Source: a virus (taxonomy: Duplodnaviria > Heunggongvirae > Uroviricota > Caudoviricetes). Taken from it: DNA of 64,000 nt. Of the stretch, positions 9,864 through 20,886 are shown in pieces. How positions within the stretch are numbered: position 1 is the stretch's first letter; each line of letters opens with the position of its first letter. Below the pieces are notes generated by a model, which was not told the origin of the DNA, made no database searches, and saw only the letters and a program-made list of their open reading frames with translations. The stretch is from the IMG/VR virus record IMGVR_UViG_2778261375_000003, one strand, 5' to 3'. The translations under genes were made by a program, and so were the position numbers.

Positions 9864-11798
9864 TTAACAGCCTAACGCTAAAAATGAAGCGCCGAGGCCA
9901 GGAGTACTGGCTCTGGATATAAATTTAACCGGGTCGGGACTAAAACCTGCACAGGCAATATAACCAACAGCCCCGCTATCTGGTGTGTAGTCTTGTGAGA
10001 CCAAAACACGCAGACATCTGTTTGGAAATGCAATCGGGAAATGGGTTACTACATCCTGTGCAATGCCTGGTGCGCCGATTGAGCCCCACTGAAGAATAAA
10101 ACCTGATGGTAATTTTTGATATCCAGTACCTGAAACAGAAAGCGTGAAGCTACCCATATCAGGTATCTGATTCGCCCCTGTCCCTACATTCCTTTTAGCC
10201 GCTTCTCCCAAACCAAGGTATTGGATAACGGCCAGTGTGCTTGTTTTAGCCAGAATATCGCGACCGACTGACGTTAAATCAGTCTGAGCTACCGTATCCT
10301 TACCAGTGAAATAAGGCAGTTTGTTTGCACCAGTCGCAAGGGCAGCGAGAGCGGTTAAAGTTGCATCCAGAGGCTGTTTGCCTGCCAGCGCATTTGTCAT
10401 TGTTGTCGCAAAGTTCGGGTCATTGCCAAGTGCTGCGGCAAGCTCATTCAGGGTATCAAGAGCTTCTGGTGATGAACCAACCAATGCGGATATGGCAGCT
10501 CTTACATAAGCGGTCGTAGCAATCTGCGTGTTATTCGTACCCTGTGCAGCGGTAGGCGCAGTAGGGACACCCGTTAATGCAGGGCTTGCCAAAGGCGCTT
10601 TGAGAGCCAAGGCATTGTTGATAGTTGTGCTGTAATTCGGGTCGTTATTGATCGCAGCAGCTATTTCTTTAAGCGTATCCAGTGTGCCAGGCGCACCGTT
10701 GATAAGTGCAGTTATAGCTGCCTTAACAAAGGCTGTATTTGCGATCTGCGTGTTATTCGTACCCTGTGCAGCGGTAGGCGCAGTAGGTATTCCCGTTAAT
10801 GCAGGACTTGCTAAAGGAGCTTTAAGAGCCAGAGCATTGTTGATAGTTGTGCTGAAATTCGGGTCGTTATTGATCGCAGCAGCTATTTCTTTAAGCGTAT
10901 CCAGTGTGCCAGGTGCACCGTTGATAAGTGCCGTTATAGCTGCCTTAACAAAGGCTGTATTTGCGATCTGCGTGCTATTTGTACCTTGCGCTGCCGTCGG
11001 CGCGGTTGGCGTTCCTGTCAGACTCGGGCTTTCTATTGGCGCTTTGGTATCAGCCAGATCTTTTATAGACTTAACAGCTTTAGGGGTAGCCGCCATTGTT
11101 TCGCTGTCGCTGTTAGTTGCGCTACTGAGCTGAACTAATCCCTTTTGCGTTGTGCTTGCATCCTGTGCCGTATACTTGCTTTTCGCCAGATCGTAGGCTT
11201 TTTTAACTGCCAGCGAACTTGCAGCAACATCACTTCTGGTACTGGTTACAGAGTCTGAAATATCAATGCCGATCGAGCGGTTGATACGCTCGGATGTATC
11301 AATCATCTCCTGGGTAATGGCAGATACACTAGCAGGGATATTCACCGTACAAACAAGCAGCTCCCCATCTCCTAACTGATATGAATCGGTATAGGTTCTG
11401 GCAACAAATTCAGCCGCATGAATATGTGACGCGGTATTCACCTGGTAGGTATCTTCTCCAAGGAGGTATCTTCCCTTCAGCACAATTGCATATTTCTTGC
11501 CTGCACTAAGTGCAAGAGAAATATCCTTACGTTGCTGAATAGTTACCTGGTAAAATTCACCAATATCCACCGACGCCGCGCCTGCGGTTTTATCACCATC
11601 CACTGAGGTAATTAACAGGTTCATCCCACCGCCAGGCTTAGGTAAGAAACCGGCATAAAATCCCGGGTCAACAATCCCCCTGAATTTTCGGTTTAGCGCG
11701 GCTGACAGATATGGTTCGTGGTATTGCACATCGGCCACCAGAGCCAACGACTCGGATGATGGGTAAGTAACCGATGTAACAACTGTAACGTCATTCAT
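9864..11798 (-). CDS. tail fibre protein (S-like, long fibre)
   Basis: Start taken at MNDVTVV (ATG about 11798, AAGGA upstream); conserved [21 protein letters not shown] fibre motif; three tandem copies of a roughly 74-aa repeat ([30 protein letters not shown]...). Confidence 0.75.
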   Translation of the reverse strand: MNDVTVVTSVTYPSSESLALVADVQYHEPYLSAALNRKFRGIVDPGFYAGFLPKPGGGMNLLITSVDGDKTAGAASVDIGEFYQVTIQQRKDISLALSAGKKYAIVLKGRYLLGEDTYQVNTASHIHAAEFVARTYTDSYQLGDGELLVCTVNIPASVSAITQEMIDTSERINRSIGIDISDSVTSTRSDVAASSLAVKKAYDLAKSKYTAQDASTTQKGLVQLSSATNSDSETMAATPKAVKSIKDLADTKAPIESPSLTGTPTAPTAAQGTNSTQIANTAFVKAAITALINGAPGTLDTLKEIAAAINNDPNFSTTINNALALKAPLASPALTGIPTAPTAAQGTNNTQIANTAFVKAAITALINGAPGTLDTLKEIAAAINNDPNYSTTINNALALKAPLASPALTGVPTAPTAAQGTNNTQIATTAYVRAAISALVGSSPEALDTLNELAAALGNDPNFATTMTNALAGKQPLDATLTALAALATGANKLPYFTGKDTVAQTDLTSVGRDILAKTSTLAVIQYLGLGEAAKRNVGTGANQIPDMGSFTLSVSGTGYQKLPSGFILQWGSIGAPGIAQDVVTHFPIAFPNRCLRVLVSQDYTPDSGAVGYIACAGFSPDPVKFISRASTPGLGASFLALGC

Positions 11799-11809
11799 CA
11801 AGCATATCC

Positions 11810-12244
11810 TTATGCTGTAGTCGTGTTTATGGCCATAACTGCGGTATATGTTTTGCCCACATACAGCGAGTCTTCCTGGACACAAATAATGGCGATTGGC
11901 TTGTTCTCGTTATCCAGAACAACCAGAGTGTTGAATGGGTAGTTTTTCCCTTCCTGCAACTGGCTTTGATCAAGGTCCATTCGGACAGTAATTATCCCGC
12001 CTGAGTAGGTTGGGACGAGGTTGATGGTGCAAAATTGACTGGTCAGTTCTGCCAGTTCGAAAGCCTTTGGCAGTTCTCCAATCTCATAAGTGCCATCTCC
12101 TTTCTTAGTAACCAGCGAACTGGTACCGAAAACGGCCTTGCTGATTAAAAATCGAGAGCCTTTGTTAATGGACGATTCAGCGCGCCGCTGATAGTAATAG
12201 TCCAACAACTGACTCTTATAGAGGTTTGTTGAGACGTCAGACAT
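11810..12244 (-). CDS. tail/baseplate-associated protein
   Basis: 144-aa ORF immediately upstream of the fibre gene on the same strand. Confidence 0.4.
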   Translation of the reverse strand: MSDVSTNLYKSQLLDYYYQRRAESSINKGSRFLISKAVFGTSSLVTKKGDGTYEIGELPKAFELAELTSQFCTINLVPTYSGGIITVRMDLDQSQLQEGKNYPFNTLVVLDNENKPIAIICVQEDSLYVGKTYTAVMAINTTTA

Positions 12245-12322
12245 GATTTTCCCTAATCAATGTTGTGAAGCCTCATTGTAAGATAAGTAACTTGTCACCC
12301 CGCCCTGCGGACGGGGTGATTA

Positions 12323-13162
12323 TCAGGCATCACTATCCAGCAGCAAATCATCTGCGCGGGTGCGATCAAACGTAGGCGTTGCTTTCACAATAGTGCCGCC
12401 CGGCGTTGCAGTGATCGGAGCGCTAATCGACGTAACTCCAGTAAGCGAAGTTGTATCCGAAGTTTCAAACCAGCAGTACGCTTTTTCGGTATCAGAAATC
12501 TCGTTCAAAGTGATCATGTCGGCGTGTTCATTTACAACAACCGACAAATAGAGCGTAAGCCCATCAAACACTATATGCAGTGGCAGTAGAGGCTTTACGA
12601 ACTGATTAAACTTTCTGAGAATTTCTTCTGTAATTGCGGACTGATCTATCGTGCCAGTAATCCCCATTGTCCGGGCCAGGTCGTTTATGGGAATACTGAT
12701 CATCCCTCTGGAAGTCAGAAACATCTCGCCGAATGTGCCGCCGGTAGTCTCCAGTGTGCTTTCAGGTATTAGAACCGTGCCATAGGGATGACGCTCAAGG
12801 TCCACCGGTGCATATATCGGATCCCATAAAACAGAAATACCGTTAAATTCGCGGTAAATTGTCTGGTTTATAGGGCGTTCAGTCCCCTTAAAGTGAATCT
12901 CATCAAGACGCTGTTGTAACAACATCGGAACGGAAGATGAGTTCGACGTTCTGATAGTAAAGAACTGGCCAAGTTCATTTGTCCTGGTCTCCAGATCCTC
13001 CTTGCTCATGGAAAAAATAGACTTCCGGTTGGTAATTCGCTCCAACCATGGGTCAACAAAGGTATCCATCATTGACTGAACCAAATCAGCCAATGATTTA
13101 TAGAGCAATGACTTTTGCTTAGCTGATGTAAGCCGGTTATTAAACCAGGAACGCTGCATCAC
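12323..13162 (-). CDS. baseplate wedge protein
   Basis: 279-aa ORF whose start overlaps the upstream J-like gene; position only. Confidence 0.4.
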   Translation of the reverse strand: MMQRSWFNNRLTSAKQKSLLYKSLADLVQSMMDTFVDPWLERITNRKSIFSMSKEDLETRTNELGQFFTIRTSNSSSVPMLLQQRLDEIHFKGTERPINQTIYREFNGISVLWDPIYAPVDLERHPYGTVLIPESTLETTGGTFGEMFLTSRGMISIPINDLARTMGITGTIDQSAITEEILRKFNQFVKPLLPLHIVFDGLTLYLSVVVNEHADMITLNEISDTEKAYCWFETSDTTSLTGVTSISAPITATPGGTIVKATPTFDRTRADDLLLDSDA

Positions 13163-14592
13163 TCCTCCTCATACGAAATATTAAAGGTGGAGTTTTCTGT
13201 ATCCAGATAAACGAAATCGTAAAAGCCGTTGGACTCATTCCACTCGACAAATTCCAGATAAAAGTCGCGGAAATAACCCAGCGTTTCGATAAATGCCCAA
13301 ACGTCTTTTTTCTTGATTAGGATGTACTTGCCAACACGGTTCGGATCAAAGAAAGTTGAGTCACGCCCAAATTTTGTTTCCAGTGCCGACTTCAGCTCAT
13401 CAGTCACGTTCTCAATGGTCAGGCTTGCCGATATCCGCCCGGTGATGGTGATCTTAAAGGGTAGTTTTCTGACCTCTTTATACGAGAATTTCTTGTTCAA
13501 CTCATTCGGCACCTTCTTAAAGGCAGCCAGGATCATTTCTTCAAGCTCTGACTGGCTTTTGTTTGGATGCCATCCTGAAATAAATATCTTATTGATATTC
13601 CGAACATTATAAGCACCATCTAATTTCTCTTGCTGGCCTTCGCCCCATGCCTTTACCCAGGACAGTCCCGGGATGTTACGCACCAGAAAATACGTATAGT
13701 CCCCGCCCCATACGACCTGATCATCATAGGCAAGGTAATATTGTGCACGATTACGTGTGATCTCCGTTGTTTCGGCATCGGTACCTGCGGTTATGGGTGT
13801 CATTGTCTTAACTGAAATCAAATTAGCTAAATTAGCCGCAGAATCGACAGGCGTCAGATTTTGGCCAGCAACCAAGGTTATATCTCCGTTGGTGCACCAT
13901 ACCTTAAGTGTAATGGTCGAGCCTTCTGGCGGTATTTGCCCAATTAGCCCATCACCGAATCGAACCCCCAACTGCTCGGATGGTTTATAAAACTCAACGT
14001 AGACCTGGCTTTTACTACCAGCTAACCGGAACATAGTGCTGGAAGACCACTGCGTGGTCTTACCATCGGTCGTCACGAATACTTCCAGCTTATAGCAGAC
14101 AGCAGTGAGAGCCTTTGATAACACGACTTCCAGAAATTCTTTGGCTGCCGTAACGGTATATGTCACCTCCTGGATTTCCAACTGTGCCACTTCTACCGTA
14201 CCGGTGCCGTCAACCAACCTGCATACATCCATAGTTATGTAAGGGTACTGGTCGTCAGATATTAAAGGCATGTTTTTGGGGATTACCGCTGGAGCATCTT
14301 CACTTGTGGCGGTGATCTCAATCATCCCCGATGACGGTGTTGGCTTGGTACCAACGTAACTATTCGTTTCTGCCGCTGCCAGGATAGAGGAACGCCGCGT
14401 CGCGGTCGATATAAAGCCTTCAGCCAGCGCCGCATCGGCATACTGAAAGCACCTGTAGACAATCTGGGTAATAAACAATGTCAGCATCGAGACAAATTGA
14501 GAGCCGACAAACTTCGACCAGAATGAATCTTTCTCGACAAGCTCTTCAAACTCTGCACGAATACTGTCTTTAGTCGGTGTTGTTTTACTCAT
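13159..14592 (-). CDS. baseplate J-like protein
   Basis: 477-aa ORF between gp25-like and wedge genes, coupled on both sides. Confidence 0.45.
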   Translation of the reverse strand: MSKTTPTKDSIRAEFEELVEKDSFWSKFVGSQFVSMLTLFITQIVYRCFQYADAALAEGFISTATRRSSILAAAETNSYVGTKPTPSSGMIEITATSEDAPAVIPKNMPLISDDQYPYITMDVCRLVDGTGTVEVAQLEIQEVTYTVTAAKEFLEVVLSKALTAVCYKLEVFVTTDGKTTQWSSSTMFRLAGSKSQVYVEFYKPSEQLGVRFGDGLIGQIPPEGSTITLKVWCTNGDITLVAGQNLTPVDSAANLANLISVKTMTPITAGTDAETTEITRNRAQYYLAYDDQVVWGGDYTYFLVRNIPGLSWVKAWGEGQQEKLDGAYNVRNINKIFISGWHPNKSQSELEEMILAAFKKVPNELNKKFSYKEVRKLPFKITITGRISASLTIENVTDELKSALETKFGRDSTFFDPNRVGKYILIKKKDVWAFIETLGYFRDFYLEFVEWNESNGFYDFVYLDTENSTFNISYEEE

Positions 14593-14948
14593 AGCACCAC
14601 GTCCTGTGTGATAGTTATATCCCTGATACGAATGGATATTTTCAACTTATCAAAAGCATCTCCCTCGGCTACTGACAAGCCAGAAATCGGTATGTCAGGT
14701 AAATCTACCGTCAGTTTTTGCAACAGCATTGCCTCAACCGCAATTTGAACATGCGACAAGTTGGTCGGTTCGTGTTTAAACTGCGGTAAAACATTGCCCC
14801 ATGACGGATCCCCGTATACCTCACCCTGATAAGTGTTTAGCCACTCATATAAACGAGCGCCCCAGGCCTCCTCCTGGGACTCATACGTTTTTACGCCGGA
14901 TAACTCCAGCGTCAGCAAAGGATCAATTTCGTTATTGTTGGCCATCAA
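14589..14948 (-). CDS. baseplate wedge protein (gp25 / W-like)
   Basis: 119-aa ORF; GEVYGDPSWGNVLPQF resembles the gp25/GPW core; overlaps the tape-measure stop. Confidence 0.5.
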   Translation of the reverse strand: MMANNNEIDPLLTLELSGVKTYESQEEAWGARLYEWLNTYQGEVYGDPSWGNVLPQFKHEPTNLSHVQIAVEAMLLQKLTVDLPDIPISGLSVAEGDAFDKLKISIRIRDITITQDVVL

Positions 14949-17900
14949 TCAACTCTCGCGTAGTCATTCATCAACGGATCATCAATTGACAGTGGTACCG
15001 TGCGCATAACGCCCGGCTGAGGCGTGCTGACCTTTACGACAGTTCCCTGGCCTTTCGCCGAGTCTTTGGTGTGCTCTTCAATCCTGGCAAGCAATGAGGC
15101 CATCTGCGCAAACAGCCGCTTCGTTTCACCATCAAGTGAAACGGTATTATCAGCCAACTGCATTGTCGGCTTGGCACCGGAGCCGCCAAGGTCACTAATA
15201 ACCTGTCCGTCTATCTGCATACGACCGGTTGGTTGCTGCAAATCGTTGGCGGCAGTCGTCACCTTGGACGTGGAGGCTGGTTCAGGCGCATTATTTTTCC
15301 GCATCCCCGGCGAGTTGCGGAGTTTATCGAATAGTCCATCAATCTCCATTTGTGCGCCGAGTTGGTCAAAGTAACTTGAGTTGTTGGCCACCGGACGCGC
15401 CTCTTCAACTGGCATCGGAGTATCAACATACACATTGCCAGCTGCTGTTGCGGTCCCCTTCCCTCGTGCACGTTCTTCGAGCGTTCCCTGAACGACTTCC
15501 CGACGCATACCCCGGCCATTCATGAATTTGTTGACCAGATCGTTAACGCCAACAGCATTGCCGATTTTGTCTACCAGACCGCCTTTCTCAAACGGGCTAT
15601 CACCAGGGGTAAATGCCAGGCCAGTAGACTGATCGATAACAGCGTTATCAGGCAGTGGTCCCCTCACTCCATATTGCGCCCCACCCTGTGCTCCTGCTCC
15701 AGGTGTATAGATTTCACCACCTAAATAGCGAGCACGATGAGTATTGACCTTGATCGCGTACTCACGGTTTTCTTTGGATAAGTCACCTGTGCCTTTTTTC
15801 CACTTATTGATAGTGCCAAACCCAGCGTTATATGCAGTGATGGCCTCGTTTAAGTCTCCATTGGCTTGCTTCAGATACTTGCTCATGAGAAGAGCCGCAG
15901 CTTCTGCCGATTTCACAGGATCAAACGATTCACCTTCAGCTAAGCCAGTCTCTTCACGAGCAATCCCCGTGAACTGAAACATTCCCAGAGCACCGGTTTG
16001 GGATTTTGCATACGGATTACCACCAGATTCAGTTGCAGCAATCGCGTAAAGAGTGCCTTCTGGAAGACCGTATTTATTCTCTAGTTCGGCAAAATACGGA
16101 GCCAACTTATCGAGATTTGCCTTACCTTCAGCGCCAAGACTTCCGACTTTTACATCTAAGTTGCCATTGTTGTAAGTATCCGCAGCTTTCTGAATGTCAT
16201 TCCTGGTGCCAGTAGTATTAAGCGACGATGATGATGAGCTATTTTGACCAATAGCATTATCAATTTTCTGCAACGCGCTATTGCCCGTTTCTACGGCATT
16301 TGCATTGATAATCTGATTGGCAGTTTCTTTAACTGTTTTATTGCTATCTTTCGCCGTATCTAGGGATGCATTTACAACACGAGTGACAATATTAGCCTTT
16401 TTAGGGGTATATTCAGTCTTAGGAGCATTGTCCTCCTGACTTTCTTTAGCTGGTGTTTTTAATTCAGGTGTAACCTCTTTCGCATCCGCTTTGTTGACTA
16501 GCTTTGATGCAACCCAGGCCACAGGGGTGCTCTGAACAGCGGCATCTGCAACCTCACCTGAAAGCTCTTTTGCGGCACTCCATAGATTACTGCCAGCTTC
16601 TTTAATGTATTTCCCTGGGTTCTTAATGAAATCAATTGCACTATCAATTGCATCACTGAAAACCTGTTTCAGGTTATCGACAGTAAAGAAGTTTTTGATG
16701 GCGTCTAATTTTTCGTTCAGGTTCTTTGTTGTGTCACTGAACCATGCTGAAATAGCATCACCAATCTTTGCAGTATAATCACTAAATGTCGTGGATATAG
16801 TATCACCAAGGTTAGAAATATATGTTTCTAAATTGGTAATCCCACTATCAATGGCCTGGGCAATACTTTCCGTCGAAAATGATTGCAACATATTGCCGAT
16901 ATCCTCAAATCCAAGTGATTTGAGAACGCCGCCAATGGCACTGCTAATACCAGATACCAGTCCTCCCATATCGAGAACGTTAGCCAGTGTATAAGCCGCT
17001 TTTTGCTGAAAAGATGGATCTTCCCCATCCTTAAGCCCAAAGGTCCGACGTTGTGCTTCTGTATCATTCCAACCGGTTACCGCATCATAGATACCTCCAG
17101 CCACCGTGCCGACTAGCGGAATTGCGCGTAAAGCCCCCTTTGCAAGAGCCTTAACACCTAGTTTCCCCAATCCCTTAGTTGCAAGTTTTCCGGCACCGCG
17201 AGTAGCCAATTCGCCAGCTTCTTTGGCAGCAGCTTTTTTCCCACCAAAGCCCAATAAGCTTGCAACTTTTTTTATACCTAAAGCGCCTAGTGCCATCGAG
17301 CCAACTTTCTTTAGTACCCCACGGCCAAAAATAAGGGAAGCAATACCACCGGCCCCCTTCCCTAACAGGCTAAATAGTTTGGACAGCAAGCCGCCCTTCT
17401 TTTTCCCGGTGTTTTTGGCTATCTGATCAAGGGCGCTGAGAATCTTGTCATTGCCCTCTTTAATTTCGCTGGTCTGCTCCTGAAGTTCCTGAACCGTCCG
17501 TTTTTGGGTGTTAACCTGAACGACATCGGCACTATTTTGCGATTTACGCCTAAAAAAACCTTTTCTACGGCTGTTATCGTCATTGCCACGAATCACATCG
17601 GCAATAGACTTTCTGGCACCATTAAGCGATCCACCAACTTCTTTTGATATCCCGCCAAGCTCCTTCCCTGCTGCCCACAATGGACCAGCAACGGCATAAC
17701 CTAACGCATCGACGGCACGAGTCTCTGAAGGGTTACCTATGCCTTCAGCTACTTTTGACAGTTTTTTTAATAAACCTGATTCAGCATTTAGACGCTCATC
17801 ATCCTCTTTGCGCCTGGCCTTTTCAGCACGTTCAGCACGGGCATCTTCCGCTGCGGCCTTACTCCCTGACTTTCCAATAAAACGACCACGCGCATCGCGT

Positions 17901-18640
17901 TGGTTTTGGCTTTTTTGCGCACCGCCTTTTTGATCGAACATTTTGCGAGCGTGTTCGGCTGCTTCGGTCCGTTGTGCCTTTATATCCTCTGGTATAGCCT
18001 TCCTGCGTCGTTTTTTACCCTTTGGTGTAGTTGATTTGGCCTGCTGTTCCTGTTGAGCAATGCCCTCCTGAACTACACGAGAAACGTCCCCTAAATTAAG
18101 CCGTTTCATTGCATCAACAATAGGGTCTACTGATGGCGCATTGGCCACAAAGTCTGGCCGGGAATTTTCGATTGTTCGATTTAATGCCGACACACTGCGA
18201 GATACTGGGTCAACCGTTGCAACGCGTTCCCCTTTCAAATCACGATCGAGTTTGACCGTTTCTAACCGCTGTGCTTTAACATCCTCTGTTATTGCCTCTC
18301 TTCGTCTATTTGGGGGATTGTGCGCTGTTGGTGCAGCCTGCTGTTCACGGTTAGTGACTTTGTCCTCCCGTATACGAGAAACGTCCCCTAAATTAAGCCG
18401 TTTCATTGCGTCAACAATAGAGTCCACTGATGGCGCATTGGTCACAAAGTCAGGACGTGAATTTTCGATTGTGCGATTTAATGCCGACACACTGCGAGAG
18501 ACAGGATCAACAGTTGCAACTCGTTCCCCTTTCAAATCTTCAACAGCTTCCCGAATACCTGCAAGCTCTTCCAGCTCTTTCGCGCTGGCGGTTTCAACTG
18601 TCCTTATAACATCGTCAATATTGGCGTTTTTTCTTTCCAT
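14945..18640 (-). CDS. sit: tape-measure / injection protein with lytic transglycosylase domain (Sit-like)
   Basis: 1231 aa; SLT motif YAIAATESGGNPYAKSQTGALGMFQF; Gly/Lys-rich repeats; internal duplicated segment near the N-terminus. Confidence 0.7.
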   Translation of the reverse strand: MERKNANIDDVIRTVETASAKELEELAGIREAVEDLKGERVATVDPVSRSVSALNRTIENSRPDFVTNAPSVDSIVDAMKRLNLGDVSRIREDKVTNREQQAAPTAHNPPNRRREAITEDVKAQRLETVKLDRDLKGERVATVDPVSRSVSALNRTIENSRPDFVANAPSVDPIVDAMKRLNLGDVSRVVQEGIAQQEQQAKSTTPKGKKRRRKAIPEDIKAQRTEAAEHARKMFDQKGGAQKSQNQRDARGRFIGKSGSKAAAEDARAERAEKARRKEDDERLNAESGLLKKLSKVAEGIGNPSETRAVDALGYAVAGPLWAAGKELGGISKEVGGSLNGARKSIADVIRGNDDNSRRKGFFRRKSQNSADVVQVNTQKRTVQELQEQTSEIKEGNDKILSALDQIAKNTGKKKGGLLSKLFSLLGKGAGGIASLIFGRGVLKKVGSMALGALGIKKVASLLGFGGKKAAAKEAGELATRGAGKLATKGLGKLGVKALAKGALRAIPLVGTVAGGIYDAVTGWNDTEAQRRTFGLKDGEDPSFQQKAAYTLANVLDMGGLVSGISSAIGGVLKSLGFEDIGNMLQSFSTESIAQAIDSGITNLETYISNLGDTISTTFSDYTAKIGDAISAWFSDTTKNLNEKLDAIKNFFTVDNLKQVFSDAIDSAIDFIKNPGKYIKEAGSNLWSAAKELSGEVADAAVQSTPVAWVASKLVNKADAKEVTPELKTPAKESQEDNAPKTEYTPKKANIVTRVVNASLDTAKDSNKTVKETANQIINANAVETGNSALQKIDNAIGQNSSSSSSLNTTGTRNDIQKAADTYNNGNLDVKVGSLGAEGKANLDKLAPYFAELENKYGLPEGTLYAIAATESGGNPYAKSQTGALGMFQFTGIAREETGLAEGESFDPVKSAEAAALLMSKYLKQANGDLNEAITAYNAGFGTINKWKKGTGDLSKENREYAIKVNTHRARYLGGEIYTPGAGAQGGAQYGVRGPLPDNAVIDQSTGLAFTPGDSPFEKGGLVDKIGNAVGVNDLVNKFMNGRGMRREVVQGTLEERARGKGTATAAGNVYVDTPMPVEEARPVANNSSYFDQLGAQMEIDGLFDKLRNSPGMRKNNAPEPASTSKVTTAANDLQQPTGRMQIDGQVISDLGGSGAKPTMQLADNTVSLDGETKRLFAQMASLLARIEEHTKDSAKGQGTVVKVSTPQPGVMRTVPLSIDDPLMNDYARVD

Positions 18641-18721
18641 GATCTTATCGCCTACCGTTTCGGTTTAAGTTTTTCTTCCAGTTTCTCCAACAGGAAAAAC
18701 GCATAGGATTCAGTAAGCCTT

Positions 18722-19603
18722 TCAGCGTCCTGAATCGGTATACCCCCATACAAAACCAGGTTGGACACTAAGGTCTGATAGCTTTTCAATCCCCACCTGT
18801 GGAATGAAGTCGGTAGCCCGAAAGGGCACCCACAGACGGGTATATGCACCCTCTGTGGACTCCTTTTTATCCTGATTTGGGCATTTATGCGGCGGGAGAC
18901 GAAGACGCATTTCACCTTTATCGATGTAGCACGGTAAACCATGTTCGAGCTTTTCATGAGCCAGTCGGATGTGTGCCGCCAGCTTCATAAATTCAGTATC
19001 AATGGCCATCCGTTTAATCGTTTCATAACGACGCTCAGCCTGATCTTCACGAGTACCGCTAACATCGTTATAAAGCTCACACTGATAAGCGAATTCCCAA
19101 AAACGCAAATCAACGATCGCTTCTTTGAATTCCGCGTCGTCTTCAGGTGGCAATGCTGCACGGCGCATCTCCAGCATTTCCATTGCCCAACCATCAAGCG
19201 GCACGATACGCCATTGATAAGGTACTCCCTCTACAGACACCTCAATATCGTCAATGAAAGGTTCCACTTCCAGGACCTGGATATCTTCAGCCAGAGCATT
19301 CATATCGCAATCGTAATAATGCTCTTTACCGCAATGTTTACAGGTGTAGGTGAATGTCTCGACCGGTGTTTCACGGGAGCCGGTAAATATCCACCATAAC
19401 GCGGTAATCCGGTCCTGCGCCGTCCATGTCAGGGGATCATGTTTCGCGGGTTCAGCAAGCAAGGCTTTTAAATACGCCGTTGTCTGTTGTTCTTGTTCCT
19501 CCGGTGTTATCGAGTTGAAACGCATCGCATCAGCAATATTTGGCTGACGGAACTGGATCAATTCAGTTGGCCGCGATGGTAGCGGGAAAAGAGGTAAAAG
19601 CAT
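18722..19603 (-). CDS. hypothetical structural protein with Cys cluster
   Basis: 293-aa ORF upstream of sit on the same strand; CKHCGKEHYYDCD cluster. Confidence 0.4.
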   Translation of the reverse strand: MLLPLFPLPSRPTELIQFRQPNIADAMRFNSITPEEQEQQTTAYLKALLAEPAKHDPLTWTAQDRITALWWIFTGSRETPVETFTYTCKHCGKEHYYDCDMNALAEDIQVLEVEPFIDDIEVSVEGVPYQWRIVPLDGWAMEMLEMRRAALPPEDDAEFKEAIVDLRFWEFAYQCELYNDVSGTREDQAERRYETIKRMAIDTEFMKLAAHIRLAHEKLEHGLPCYIDKGEMRLRLPPHKCPNQDKKESTEGAYTRLWVPFRATDFIPQVGIEKLSDLSVQPGFVWGYTDSGR

Positions 19604-19617
19604 CCTTGCTCCTTAAT

Positions 19618-20229
19618 TCAAAGAGAAAAGCTAAAGCCCAGAAGGGAAGCCAAAGAACTTGAGGATTGGTTAAACGTGCTGTGCAATGCGAAGGTCATTG
19701 GGAATGACTTAAATTCAGTAACCTGATCTCGCGCATAGGTGACATCGCCGGTAGTGACCGGGAATACCGTCATCTCATTTTCCAGTTTGGTTAAGCCGGA
19801 AGACAGCAACCGATAAATACGCACATTGAGCAAATATTTAGACGGTATATTCCCGGTACCGTCCGGATTGATCACCCGACTTTTTGCCGTCTTAAACCAG
19901 TCCAAAACGAGGCCATCAACGGTATCCCTGACCATCATTGTTATCTGCCCAGGCGAACGCTCCGTTGGTTGAAGGATATTCCCTCCGCCGATTTTAATCG
20001 TTTCATATTCGATGCTGTAATCGTGGTAGGTAATGTCTTTGGCAAAGAAGTCTGCCCCCTCCAGTCCATCAACTTCGACAGAGAACTGCCATCCTTGCGC
20101 GAACAGCATTTTGTTCATGATGATTGACGTCAGCTTACCAACTTCCCGCTCACCAACGCCGGAGCCAAATAATGTCGTCGTTAATGCCGAAGATACATAA
20201 GACTTTACTGAAGCAACATTAAGCCCCAT
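19618..20229 (-). CDS. hypothetical structural protein (possible tail tube)
   Basis: 203-aa ORF in the tail operon; size and position only. Confidence 0.35.
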   Translation of the reverse strand: MGLNVASVKSYVSSALTTTLFGSGVGEREVGKLTSIIMNKMLFAQGWQFSVEVDGLEGADFFAKDITYHDYSIEYETIKIGGGNILQPTERSPGQITMMVRDTVDGLVLDWFKTAKSRVINPDGTGNIPSKYLLNVRIYRLLSSGLTKLENEMTVFPVTTGDVTYARDQVTEFKSFPMTFALHSTFNQSSSSLASLLGFSFSL

Positions 20230-20239
20230 ATCAGCCCCC

Positions 20240-20830
<591 letters not shown>

Positions 20831-20886
20831 TTAACAGATTCTACGAGTTGTCATTTGTGACAGTATGCTCGCAATCGTAGTGATTA

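Noticed and set aside
10648-11133. 161-aa ORF antisense to the tail-fibre gene
   Set aside because: Low-complexity, repeat-derived reading frame created by the 222-bp tandem repeats; entirely inside a well-supported gene on the other strand.
8037-11885. Gin/Cin-type invertible tail-fibre segment (Mu G / P1 C-like)
   Set aside because: Topology is similar, but the + strand fibre gene has its own start and N-terminal domain, I see no flanking inverted repeats between the two fibre genes, and no serine-recombinase ORF is present in the window.
18141-18668. 175-aa ORF antisense to the tape-measure gene (and similar antisense ORFs at 15024-15525 and 17106-17426)
   Set aside because: Embedded in the 1231-aa gene, Ser/Ala-rich low-complexity translation, duplicated because of the internal repeat; no ribosome-binding site.
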